Part shown: piece by piece, positions 1 through 8,716 of the stretch | How positions within the stretch are numbered: position 1 is the stretch's first letter | Layout: the number at the start of each line of letters is the position of its first letter | Position numbers and translations under genes: made by a program | The notes under the pieces: generated by a model | What the model saw: only the letters and a program-made list of their open reading frames with translations | What the model was told of the DNA's origin: nothing | The model's database searches: none | Source of the DNA: a virus | Lineage: Duplodnaviria; Caudoviricetes | IMG/VR virus record: IMGVR_UViG_3300046710_000085 | Location: 1 to 30,205 of that record | Reading direction: 5' to 3' (one strand) | Length of the DNA: 30,205 bases

Positions 1-2
1 AT

Positions 3-2414
3 AAGAACCGGATCGAGGTATTCACAGATAAGCACCATATAACGATAACAGGAGAGCGTTTATCAGAATACCCAGAGACTATAGAGGATCGATCCCAAAT
101 TATAGAGTCAATATACAATGAAGTTATGGAAGTGAAAGCTTCCAAAAAGGCAGAAAAGAAGCAAAATAGGATTAAAACTAAAAGAATAATTTATGATTGT
201 AAAGCAGAAGCTAAAAAGAAATATGTGGCCGTTGCTATTGAAGATGAAGTAAAGATACTCGAAGGAACGTCAGAAGGCGACCGAAATAATCAGCTCAACA
301 GATCCGCCTTTGCGATTGGTCAGTTTGTCGGAGCCCACTTATTAGGTCGAAGAGAAGCGGAAAGAGAACTCCAAAGGGCCGCACGAAAGTGTGGGATGGA
401 TGAAAGCAAAGACGGAGTAAATGCGACCATCCAGAGCGGCTTAGATGATGGGGAATTGAGCCCCAGGGAGATACCCGACCAGGAAGAAACGAGACAAACG
501 CCTCTTCCCACGATCATAATAACAACAGAAGAGCCGAAAGAGAAATCTAAACCTGCTCTCACCAAGACCACACAGAAAGAAGAGAAAGAATCAACCGCCA
601 CTGCCTTAGTAAATCTTGCTATTAAAAACAGTTTTGAATGCTGGCATACCCCGGACGGAGCCGCTTTTATCACAATCCCCATAAATTCGCATAGAGAGCA
701 TTATAGAATTTCTACCAAAGCAAATAAGATAAGAGCCTGGTTAGGCCGTCTCGGAAGAGATTTGATAGGTTCGACTCCTAGCGTTTCCTCTATCAGAGAC
801 GCAATAAACAATCTGATTGGAATCGCCGTCTATGACGGTAAAGAATATCAGATGTATGTCAGGAAGGCAGAGATTGGTGGTAAGATCTATGTCGATCTCG
901 GGGATGCCTCCTGGAGAGCCGTTGAGATCTCGGAGGATGGTTGGAAGATTGTTGAGAACTGTGACATCCGATTCAGGCGATCCAAGAACATGCTTCCTTT
1001 GCCATTACCAGAGAGAGGCGGAGAGATTGACAGTCTCAAGAGCCTCATCAATGCCGGTACAGACGAAAATTGGGTTCTAACCCTGGCATGGCTCTCACAA
1101 GCATTCTGGTGCCGGGGACCGTATGCACATCTGTACCTCCGGGGCACACAAGGCACCGCCAAGTCCTACATGATGCAGACCTTGAAGTCGATCTCGGACC
1201 CCAGCGCGGCCATTAAGAGAAGACTTCCAAAGTTCGAAAGAGACGCTGCCATAGCACTTGGCTCGGAGTCGGTGCCATGCTTCGACAATATGAGCGGCAT
1301 AAGCGATGATATAGCCGATCTGTTATGCGTGGCCTCGACCGGGGGTGTGTCCAGCCAACGGGCGCTCTTCACCGACGATGAAGAGGCGATTATCTTCCTC
1401 AAGTGCCCCATAATCGCCAATGGTATAGAGGATCTAGGACAGCGTGGGGATCTCCTGGATCGTACAATTGTACTCGATCTAGATCCGATCCCCGAAGAGG
1501 AGAGGCGAACAGAGAAAGAGATGCAAGCGGCCATTGATGAGAATCGGTCGAAACTCTTCGCCTGTCTCTTGGACCTAACGGTGAACGGGCTCAATAATAT
1601 CGATACTATTGAACTCGAAAAGCCTCCAAGGATGGCCGATTTTGCGGAGTGGGCTTGCGCGTGTCTGGGAGACGCTGCAAATCGATTCCTTGAGATCTAC
1701 TCAGACGCCAGGATAAACACATCGGTTGATTTGGCTGAAATGAACCGTCTTCCTGCTGCAGTTTTCAGTTTTGTGAATAGCAGACCTGAAAAGATATGGA
1801 AGGGAAGCGCGTCTCTTTTGTTGGCGGAATTGAATTTACATACGGGAATATATCCGGGACATGAACCGGCTGATTGGCCAAATACTCCGGATAGAATGGG
1901 GTCCGAATTGCGAAGGTTCTCGCAAGCACTTGAAACAAAAGGCATCACCACCTCGTATACACGCGCACATGGCGGAAAGAGAGTGATCAACCTGGTCTAT
2001 AGAGACACCAGTGTCACCATAGAGACACCCCCAAAAACGCTATTAGGTTACACTGGTGACACTGGTGACACTACTATTTCAAAGTTTAAAACAGATATTA
2101 AAGAGAAGAGTGTCAAAGAGACACCGAAAGAAGAACAAATTTTCAAACTTTCGAATCATAGTGTCACCAGTGTCACCAAGTCTGTAGATAACGGTTCTGA
2201 TGGTGACACACCAAACATACCAAGCGTCACCCCGGAAAGTGTGAACAGTATCCGAATAGCTGCAATGCAAGAATACGGCACCAATGGGTGTGTTGATGCT
2301 CGAACAATAGCGGCAAAACTGAAGATCGTTCTCTATGAAGTTACTGATTGGTTAGATGAGAACTACGATAAAACCGCCAATGGGCAATATGTTCAACGAA
2401 GATCTAAAATCTAG
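3..2414 (+). CDS. Primase-polymerase / P-loop helicase fusion replication protein (5'-truncated)
   Basis: The frame is open from base 3, upstream of the listed ATG at 126. It reads KNRIEVFTDKHHITITGERL, like the IExY..gRf.T.TG end of prim-pol domains. A PriCT-like EGDRNNQLNRSAFAIG follows, then Walker A-like GTQGTAKS, Walker B-like PCFDN, IIANGI and DLLDR (arginine finger). Confidence 0.8.
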   Translation, partial: KNRIEVFTDKHHITITGERLSEYPETIEDRSQIIESIYNEVMEVKASKKAEKKQNRIKTKRIIYDCKAEAKKKYVAVAIEDEVKILEGTSEGDRNNQLNRSAFAIGQFVGAHLLGRREAERELQRAARKCGMDESKDGVNATIQSGLDDGELSPREIPDQEETRQTPLPTIIITTEEPKEKSKPALTKTTQKEEKESTATALVNLAIKNSFECWHTPDGAAFITIPINSHREHYRISTKANKIRAWLGRLGRDLIGSTPSVSSIRDAINNLIGIAVYDGKEYQMYVRKAEIGGKIYVDLGDASWRAVEISEDGWKIVENCDIRFRRSKNMLPLPLPERGGEIDSLKSLINAGTDENWVLTLAWLSQAFWCRGPYAHLYLRGTQGTAKSYMMQTLKSISDPSAAIKRRLPKFERDAAIALGSESVPCFDNMSGISDDIADLLCVASTGGVSSQRALFTDDEEAIIFLKCPIIANGIEDLGQRGDLLDRTIVLDLDPIPEEERRTEKEMQAAIDENRSKLFACLLDLTVNGLNNIDTIELEKPPRMADFAEWACACLGDAANRFLEIYSDARINTSVDLAEMNRLPAAVFSFVNSRPEKIWKGSASLLLAELNLHTGIYPGHEPADWPNTPDRMGSELRRFSQALETKGITTSYTRAHGGKRVINLVYRDTSVTIETPPKTLLGYTGDTGDTTISKFKTDIKEKSVKETPKEEQIFKLSNHSVTSVTKSVDNGSDGDTPNIPSVTPESVNSIRIAAMQEYGTNGCVDARTIAAKLKIVLYEVTDWLDENYDKTANGQYVQRRSKI
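2004..2231. repeat. Cluster of GGTGACAC/GTGTCACC repeats with a perfect 20-bp inverted repeat; probable replication origin
   Basis: TGGTGACACTGGTGACACTA (2054-2073) is the exact reverse complement of TAGTGTCACCAGTGTCACCA (2159-2178). The two arms flank an 85-bp A/T-rich spacer. Further copies lie near 2010, 2201 and 2223. Confidence 0.85.
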
Positions 2415-2452
2415 ATCTTCTTTTCGGTCGAAACTTCCCGGGCCGTTCGACC
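2398..2452 (+). terminator. Inverted repeats at the end of the replication gene (terminator-like or operator)
   Basis: GAAGATCTA (2398-2406) pairs with TAGATCTTC (2412-2420), followed by TTTT. A second stem is GGTCGAA (2426-2432)/TTCGACC (2446-2452). Confidence 0.35.
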
Positions 2453-2507
2453 TAGGAAGCGACACGAAACAGAACCAGAATAGAACAAGATGGAGATGTG
2501 AAAGAAT

Positions 2508-3083
2508 ATGGCAGCAAGTGAAGTACTCGGAAAAGTTTTGGATGGGCAGGCGACCTGGATACTGAGGATGGAAGAGGAGAGTGTCAAGGGAGGCCAATTC
2601 CTGACGATGAAGCCCAATGATGACAAGCAAGTCCAATTCCTCACAGAGCAGCCCGAAGAAGGAATCAACGAATTTGAGGGCAAGAGCAGACCAGAATTCA
2701 AGTTTAGTGTTCGAGATATGAACACCAAGGAGACCATCTCCTGGGCGGTCAGGCAGAAGGAAGTAATGCAACAGTTGATCGCGATCATGAAATTGAACCA
2801 CCTCATGACCCTGAAGGGTTGCATTCTGGACGTTTCTACCCGGGGCCCGGATTCAAAGACGAAGCACTGGTTCCTAAGGTTGATCAGTCTCCCAGGACAG
2901 GCGCAGGACGCACCACAGCAGGCTCGTCCTGCCCCTATCCCCGTCTCTGAGGCAGACAGGGAAGCATCATTCCAAGCTAGGCAGGGCAAGGCTCCTGTAG
3001 ACCCACAGGGAGCAGCATGGCTGGAAGGCCAGAAGAGCGGACTATCACAGGCACCGAGCGCAGCCGAGCAGGGAGCCCGGTAA
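2508..3083 (+). CDS. Hypothetical protein, possibly ssDNA-binding (OB-fold-like core with disordered C-terminal tail)
   Basis: Follows the replication gene; SD GGAGATGTGA. Beta-rich core (GGQFLTMKPNDDKQVQFL...FKFSV...ISWAV) and a Q/A/P-rich tail. The fold is an inference. Confidence 0.55.
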   Translation: MAASEVLGKVLDGQATWILRMEEESVKGGQFLTMKPNDDKQVQFLTEQPEEGINEFEGKSRPEFKFSVRDMNTKETISWAVRQKEVMQQLIAIMKLNHLMTLKGCILDVSTRGPDSKTKHWFLRLISLPGQAQDAPQQARPAPIPVSEADREASFQARQGKAPVDPQGAAWLEGQKSGLSQAPSAAEQGAR

Positions 3084-3096
3084 ACCCTTTTTGGAG

Positions 3097-3315
3097 ATGA
3101 TGAAGATGGGATTCTTGCTAGAATCAATCGGTGCCAATGTCAGGTTGACAATCACTGCAAAAGAATCGTTCCGAGTAACACACGATACAGATGGTAATAT
3201 CATGTTGGGGGGTCCGAGCGATGCTTGGCGCGGTCTGGCAGAATTGTTGGCAGGAGAATTCTTGGAAGCGGATGAATTGAACGAGGATGATGAAGATGAC
3301 CGAATTTCCCCGTAG
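3097..3315 (+). CDS. Small acidic hypothetical protein
   Basis: SD GGAG; start may be 3097, 3100 or 3106; overlaps the next ORF. Confidence 0.6.
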   Translation: MMKMGFLLESIGANVRLTITAKESFRVTHDTDGNIMLGGPSDAWRGLAELLAGEFLEADELNEDDEDDRISP

Positions 3316-3487
3316 TAAGACGTCAGAACTCCAGGAGGCCCGAGGTAACCTAGAATACTTTTATCACAAGGTCGTGTCCCTGGCGGGTGCACAGGAGCGA
3401 ATCAAGGCAGACCTCCAGCTCTGCCAGAAGGAACACGCGAAATGGGAAAAGAGGGTCCAAGAGATGGAAGAGAAGGCGAAGGCATGA
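3296..3487 (+). CDS. Small coiled-coil hypothetical protein
   Basis: Heptad-like sequence; SD GAGGA; ATGA coupling to the next gene. Confidence 0.6.
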   Translation: MTEFPRSKTSELQEARGNLEYFYHKVVSLAGAQERIKADLQLCQKEHAKWEKRVQEMEEKAKA

Positions 3488-3624
3488 GTCGAGAGAAGCG
3501 TGGGGCCAAAGGCCCTAGCGAGCGTGCCCCATTGGCGAAGTTGCGAGAAGAGAATGCGGAGGCTCAGGAACTACATAGAGAGACACTCATGAGGCGAATA
3601 ATCAGGAGACCACCGCAGCAATGA
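3484..3624 (+). CDS. Small basic hypothetical protein (46 aa)
   Basis: ATGA overlaps at both ends (3484-3487 and 3621-3624). Confidence 0.5.
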   Translation: MSREKRGAKGPSERAPLAKLREENAEAQELHRETLMRRIIRRPPQQ

Positions 3625-3869
3625 GAGGACGCCTGCCTTTCAAGATGGCCTCCCTTTTAGCGGTCATCCCCTCGGACACCGAGTGGATGGCCCGGGACTT
3701 GCCTGCTGTCATCGTAGACGGCAAGAAGGTCGGGACATCTGCATTTCGGGATTTGCACGATGCTGGGCTGACGGAGATTGTGGGCAGAGGCAAAGGCCAG
3801 GGGATGCATAGCCTACGAATCTGGAGGCTCACGGAATACGGGAAAACGAGGAAGGGAGGTGAGATCTGA
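3621..3869 (+). CDS. Hypothetical protein, possibly winged-helix DNA-binding
   Basis: AFRDLHDAGLTEIVGR...IWRLTEYG resembles a winged-helix recognition helix and wing; translationally coupled. Confidence 0.55.
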   Translation: MRGRLPFKMASLLAVIPSDTEWMARDLPAVIVDGKKVGTSAFRDLHDAGLTEIVGRGKGQGMHSLRIWRLTEYGKTRKGGEI

Positions 3870-4069
3870 TGGGGCAAGCTGACATCTTACAGTGGTTCGA
3901 GGTTCATCCCGGATGGCATAGCGTCTACGAATTGGCCCAGGACCTGGGCAGACATTCCGCCAATGTCCGCAAGATTGTGGCAAAACTAAGACGAAACGGA
4001 GACCTTGAGTGCCGAAATGTGGAAGGATCGCTGAAAATAATCTATCGCGTTAATAAACCGAGAGTGTGA
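3869..4069 (+). CDS. Winged helix-turn-helix transcription regulator
   Basis: SVYELAQDLGRHSANVRKIVAKLRRNGDLE fits an HTH-wing pattern; strong SD GGAGGTGA. Confidence 0.8.
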   Translation: MGQADILQWFEVHPGWHSVYELAQDLGRHSANVRKIVAKLRRNGDLECRNVEGSLKIIYRVNKPRV

Positions 4070-4074
4070 TATTG

Positions 4075-4443
4075 ATGATTGGAGATTCTTTGACTGTACC
4101 CGATCAGCCCAAAACGGGAGAAGCCAGGAACGACTGGAGGTATCTTTCGAATTCCTGGGAATCTTGGACGGGCGAAGGCGGACGCCTGGACATAATCGAT
4201 TACATCTGCCCGAAATGTCACCAAAACATTTTATATCAACTTCACAGTTCATCTTGTTTCCATTGCGGAACACCCATTTTTGGCTTTCCTCGTCGGAAGT
4301 TGGACGCAGAACAGCGTCGGAACTGGCGAGATGATCATTTCGAGGGGATGAAATATGCCGGGCCAGACAAATTATCTCGAATGGAAGCCAAGCGAAAGGC
4401 CTCTTCTGGTGGCAGGCCCGGTAAGGGTGCCAGAAATAAATAA
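4075..4443 (+). CDS. Zinc-ribbon protein
   Basis: Cysteine pairs CPKC and CFHC; basic C-terminus. Confidence 0.65.
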   Translation: MIGDSLTVPDQPKTGEARNDWRYLSNSWESWTGEGGRLDIIDYICPKCHQNILYQLHSSSCFHCGTPIFGFPRRKLDAEQRRNWRDDHFEGMKYAGPDKLSRMEAKRKASSGGRPGKGARNK

Positions 4444-4567
4444 TTCATCTAATATTCATTTTCCAAATATAATAGAAATCATGAGGGATGAAGTGGCTCT
4501 TTCGCGGTGACGACCATGTATCTGAGAACCATTCATAACCGTTGCAAAAAATGTGGCACATCTCTTC

Positions 4568-4753
4568 ATGCAATCCAATCTACGTGGCAAGAGGAATGCG
4601 GCATGTGTCATCGGAAAGAGAGAGCTTTGCAGCATACTGGAAATTCGGCCGGGGATTGACATGAGAACCATCGACTTGGACTTGTGGCAGGAAGGCGCTG
4701 CCCTGGGTTTGCCCAAGATCATCGTCACATCTACTCGAAGCTCAGCAAGCTGA
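4568..4753 (+). CDS. Small hypothetical protein
   Basis: Only co-oriented ORF in this gap; no recognisable motif. Confidence 0.35.
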   Translation: MQSNLRGKRNAACVIGKRELCSILEIRPGIDMRTIDLDLWQEGAALGLPKIIVTSTRSSAS

Positions 4754-5075
4754 GCCAATACGTTCTGCCCGGTTCTGCATAGCCGGGCAATCCTCCACTT
4801 ACTATCATGATCATCTCAAATTTGAGGCAATGCATAAGGTGCCCGGATACTCGAACCATACAGAACCAGGCTCTAAGAGCCAGATGTGATATTCCGGGAT
4901 GTATGTGGGCAGATTCCGCTATACTGTGACACGATAGCGCCTGCCTTTCATAGTCATCACTGGTGACACGGCTGACTGGATACCTGATTTTTGGGTCCCC
5001 TCCTACCCATTGAGCCTACAATCTTTCGCCGTACCCGACTGACCGTTCTAATTTACAATTCTGGATTGATACCAT

Positions 5076-5510
5076 GTGGCAAAATCAAAACCTCCTCGTT
5101 GTTCTATTTGCGCGGACAAAAATCGATGTGCAATAGACCTAGAATACATCAGATCGCGAGATCAACGCGGAACTGCGCGGAAATTCAAGGTATCTGAAGA
5201 TGCTCTTTGGAGGCACATAGACAAGGGGCACATTTCGGAAGCAGTGAAAGCCTCTGAGAATGTAAATCTCGCTAATCATGGTCTGAACATGCAGACATGT
5301 GCTCAAGAGATCTATGAAGTTGCCGTTGGATCTGCCAAAGACGCCCGGGCAGCTCGTCAATTTGGTGCGGTGGGATCTTGCTTGAATCCCGCGGCCAAAG
5401 TCCTGGAGATCCTGAACAAAGGCAATGACAAAGACGACGACCGACCCGGTATAGATCGAGCAGTGGAACAAATGAAGCATGACAGAGACGTTAGAAGAGC
5501 CAAGTTATGA
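5076..5510 (+). CDS. terS: Terminase small subunit (putative)
   Basis: Directly upstream of and overlapping terL; N-terminal CxxC and HTH-like QRGTARKFKVSEDALWRH. Confidence 0.7.
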   Translation: MAKSKPPRCSICADKNRCAIDLEYIRSRDQRGTARKFKVSEDALWRHIDKGHISEAVKASENVNLANHGLNMQTCAQEIYEVAVGSAKDARAARQFGAVGSCLNPAAKVLEILNKGNDKDDDRPGIDRAVEQMKHDRDVRRAKL

Positions 5511-6768
5511 CGGCTGGCTTTTTCCAGAACCCGATTCGAAACATGAAGATGTCATTTTAGATTTCAATTTCGAAGATTATAAGCTATCCGTTCTTTGGGG
5601 TTCGGTCTCCAGCGGAAAGACTGTAAGCAGCTCCGAAGCCTGGGTGAGCCTCATCAAACGTGCTCCCAAGCATTATCCCTTCGCCATGATAGGGAAGACA
5701 GAACTCACCCTGGAAGCTAATGTCTTAGACCCGCTAACCGATTGGCTAGGGTCCGATGTCTGTTATAAGCGCGGAAACGTGGCCTGGATCTATGGGCATA
5801 AGGTAAGGCTTTACGGGGCCAACGATGCCAAAAGCAGATCCAAGATACAAGGCAAGTCTCTCTATGCCTGGTATGGTGACGAAGTAACCACCTGGCCGGA
5901 AGACTTCTTTATGATGGCCTTGTCCCGGCTCAGGGTTGGAAAGTCGAAGGCGATCCTCACCATGAACCCCGAGGGGCCGTATCATTGGTTCCATAAACAG
6001 ATTATAGAACGGGCAGATAATCCTGCGATCCGGGCAAAACTCTATCATTTCACGATGGAAGACAACCCATATCTTCCAAAGGATTACAAAGAATGGATTT
6101 CTAGCTTGTATGTACCTGGCACGGTATGGCACAAGAGATGGATTCTCGGAGAATGGGCAGCAGCGGAAGGAGCTATTTATGATTTCTTTGACCCCGAACC
6201 AAAAGGCGGTTATGTAGTCAATGAAGTTCCTGAAGAATTCGACCGATATCATGTAGGCATAGATTATGCCAACTCTTCTGTTAATGTGATGCTTCTGTTA
6301 GGTCGTTCTGCCGAGGTCTGGTATCTCCTCAGAGAGAAATATTGGGACGCCAAGAAGCAGGGCCACCAGAAGACCAACACGGAATACTCTAAAGACTTTG
6401 CGGATTTGATAGAGGGCAAACGCGTTAGAACAGACTGTGATCCTGGTGGCGGTGGAGCGGGGCTAATCACGCAATTGAGGCGGGATTGGCAAGGGCATGG
6501 CTATATCATCAATGCAGCTATGAACCCTGTTATCCCTGGCATCCAGGCCGTGACCAGCCTCATGACCTCGGGGAAACTTAAGATTCATTCTTCTTGTCGA
6601 AATACGATACAAGAAATTTCTAATTATGTTTGGGACTCTAAAGCCCAAGAGAAGGGCGAGGACAAGCCCCTAAAAGTGAATGACCATTGCGTGGACGCGC
6701 TTAGATACGCTATTTTGAGGGAAACAGCAGGCACAATGAAAGTAGGCCCGAAGCCCGCAGGATTCTAA
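5479..6768 (+). CDS. terL: Terminase large subunit (PBSX/SPP1-like)
   Basis: Walker A GSVSSGKT, Walker B WYGDEV, coupling motif TMNPEGP, nuclease motifs VGIDY and NDHCVDALRY. Confidence 0.97.
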   Translation: MTETLEEPSYDGWLFPEPDSKHEDVILDFNFEDYKLSVLWGSVSSGKTVSSSEAWVSLIKRAPKHYPFAMIGKTELTLEANVLDPLTDWLGSDVCYKRGNVAWIYGHKVRLYGANDAKSRSKIQGKSLYAWYGDEVTTWPEDFFMMALSRLRVGKSKAILTMNPEGPYHWFHKQIIERADNPAIRAKLYHFTMEDNPYLPKDYKEWISSLYVPGTVWHKRWILGEWAAAEGAIYDFFDPEPKGGYVVNEVPEEFDRYHVGIDYANSSVNVMLLLGRSAEVWYLLREKYWDAKKQGHQKTNTEYSKDFADLIEGKRVRTDCDPGGGGAGLITQLRRDWQGHGYIINAAMNPVIPGIQAVTSLMTSGKLKIHSSCRNTIQEISNYVWDSKAQEKGEDKPLKVNDHCVDALRYAILRETAGTMKVGPKPAGF

Positions 6769-6771
6769 ATT

Positions 6772-7014
6772 ATGTTACGTTGTGTGATTTGTGGCGAAGA
6801 CCTGGGCGAGCATGACGGCTATATCCGGGGATCGATATCCGGGGAAGTCGTAGAGCTTCTATCTTCATCCACACCCAGGACAACGGGTCAAAAGAACTCC
6901 TGGGAGGGCGTGGCCTTCTGCCTGAAGCACTTCGAAGACATACCTAAGAACATTGCTGAGAACCTTGGATTGATCGCGAAAAATAGGAAGCTAAACGATG
7001 ATAACGGACACTGA
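6772..7014 (+). CDS. Small zinc-binding protein between terL and portal
   Basis: CVIC...CLKH ligands; fills the gap and overlaps the portal start. Confidence 0.6.
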   Translation: MLRCVICGEDLGEHDGYIRGSISGEVVELLSSSTPRTTGQKNSWEGVAFCLKHFEDIPKNIAENLGLIAKNRKLNDDNGH

Positions 7015-8485
7015 AAAGATTTTTGCGATTGGTCAACCCTGGCCACCCTCGGACCCAGATACCAAGGACCGCCTCGCTATCTATGAGCGAAACGAAAATC
7101 TTTTCGAGGGCTGTCATGAGAAGGTCTGGCAAGACGAACTCAGGAGGCTCCGGGGCGACAAGTCCGGAGACCTCAGGCTTAAACTCAATTACTTCCAACT
7201 GATATCCCTATTCTGGGCTGATATGGCAGTCGGTGAGGTCCCTGATGCTAAGGCAGATGAAGAGCAGCCGGCACAGGTCGACGCACTCAAGCGGATCATC
7301 CAGTGGACAGATCTCTGGTCAGTTCTGGATGATGCCATAATCGATATGAGCAAGTGTGGCGACGCTCCGATCAAGATCCGATACCAAGAGTACGGCATCG
7401 TCGAGAACATCCCACCGGAATACTGGTTTCCTGTTGTCGAAGCCTCGAATGTCAAGCAGCTCAAGGCGCACATCATAGCCTATGAGTTCGATGATCCAGG
7501 CACGCCGGCGCAGACCGTTGATATCCCGACGATGATCCCTGCCACCGCGCAGCTTACCGACGCGCAGATCAAGGCGGTAGAATCGGGGAATGTCCTGACA
7601 TCTTCTGATAAGATCTCCTTTCTCAAGGTCGAAATTCATACGGTCGGGCAGATCGAGCACCGACTCTATCGGTTGAAAGATAAGAAGATCAATGCGCAAG
7701 TGGATCTCAATTCGTTCCCTGATTTCAAGGCGCTGCAATCTATTGAGCCAACGGGCTTAGACGATTTTGCTATTATCGTCCTACATAATACAACTTCCAC
7801 AAAAAGGTATCATGGTAAGGAAGACTATTCGATCTTCTTGGATGTGATCAAGGAACTGGAGATAAGATATCCTCAGGTTTTCTTCATACTGGACAAGCAC
7901 AGCGATCCTTCCATGTACGGTCCGCCTATGGAAGAGCAAGACCCTCGGGACGGAGAATACAAGGTACAGGGTGGTTCGAGGTATTACGCACTAGCTGACA
8001 AGGAGCAGGCAATACCGGGCATGATCACCTGGGATGGTCAGCTCGCGGCCAACTTTCAAGTCATAGCGGGCGAATCCTGGGGCCTCATGCAGAGATTCTA
8101 TGAACTGTCCGAGACTTCCAAGGTCTGTTTCGATTCTAGCGCGGGCGGGCAAGGACTGTCTGCCCAGGCTCTTAGGCTCATGATGTGGAAGCCACTCAAG
8201 AAGGCAAACAAGATCCAGAGGCGGCTTACTCCGGTCGTACAGCAGCTTATCAGGCTCGCGTCCCTGGCTGAAGTGAACATGTCCATGAAGGACGCTGTAG
8301 TGATCGAGAACGTTACAATCAATTGGCATGATGGAATGCCGGTAGACGAGAGCGCGGACGCCCAGAGGGACTCAACGCTAGTCACTGGAAAAGTCCGAAG
8401 CACGCAAGGACTGATGCGTGACAAGGGCAAATCCGAAAATGAGATCACACAAGAAATAACAGAAATGCGTGAGCAAGTAGTTTAA
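6998..8485 (+). CDS. Portal protein (SPP1 gp6-like)
   Basis: 495 aa directly after terL. Motifs WPP, LNYFQLIS, ILDKHSDPSMYGP, ITWDGQL, SAQALRL and INWHDGMPVD are typical of this family. Confidence 0.9.
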   Translation: MITDTEKIFAIGQPWPPSDPDTKDRLAIYERNENLFEGCHEKVWQDELRRLRGDKSGDLRLKLNYFQLISLFWADMAVGEVPDAKADEEQPAQVDALKRIIQWTDLWSVLDDAIIDMSKCGDAPIKIRYQEYGIVENIPPEYWFPVVEASNVKQLKAHIIAYEFDDPGTPAQTVDIPTMIPATAQLTDAQIKAVESGNVLTSSDKISFLKVEIHTVGQIEHRLYRLKDKKINAQVDLNSFPDFKALQSIEPTGLDDFAIIVLHNTTSTKRYHGKEDYSIFLDVIKELEIRYPQVFFILDKHSDPSMYGPPMEEQDPRDGEYKVQGGSRYYALADKEQAIPGMITWDGQLAANFQVIAGESWGLMQRFYELSETSKVCFDSSAGGQGLSAQALRLMMWKPLKKANKIQRRLTPVVQQLIRLASLAEVNMSMKDAVVIENVTINWHDGMPVDESADAQRDSTLVTGKVRSTQGLMRDKGKSENEITQEITEMREQVV

Positions 8486-8527
8486 TTTCTTTTTCCTAAT
8501 AACAATCATAGCATCGGGGGTGAAAAA

Positions 8528-8638
8528 ATGGCAGATGAAGTAAAGGTAAAAGACGGCGACAAGGAAACCACAACCACATTCAAGAGCAAAGCCGCAGCGG
8601 ATAGGGCGGGTAGGCTACCTGAAAAAGATAAGAAGTGA
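8528..8638 (+). CDS. Micro-ORF, 36 aa (MADEVKVKDGDKETTTTFKSKAAADRAGRLPEKDKK)
   Basis: Below the ORF-track cut-off; strong SD GGGGGTGA at correct spacing; fills the portal-scaffold gap. Confidence 0.6.
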   Translation: MADEVKVKDGDKETTTTFKSKAAADRAGRLPEKDKK

Positions 8639-8716
8639 TTCTCAACAATTATTTTTTCCTAATAATAAACATCACAATCACGGCTACTGGATGCCTAATC
8701 CAGGGAGATATCTCTT

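Noticed and set aside
2004-2231. CRISPR-like array
   Set aside because: Repeats are 8-9 bp, occur in both orientations and lack regular unique spacers; no cas genes. No CRISPR array or tRNA was recognised anywhere in the window.
4207-4221. CxxCH (CPKCH) haem-binding motif
   Set aside because: Paired with a second CxxC in a protein without a signal peptide; a zinc ribbon is the simpler explanation.
4478-4526. Possible C/D-box sRNA (GATGA...TGACGA...CTGA)
   Set aside because: C box and D' box are non-canonical and guide spacing is poor.
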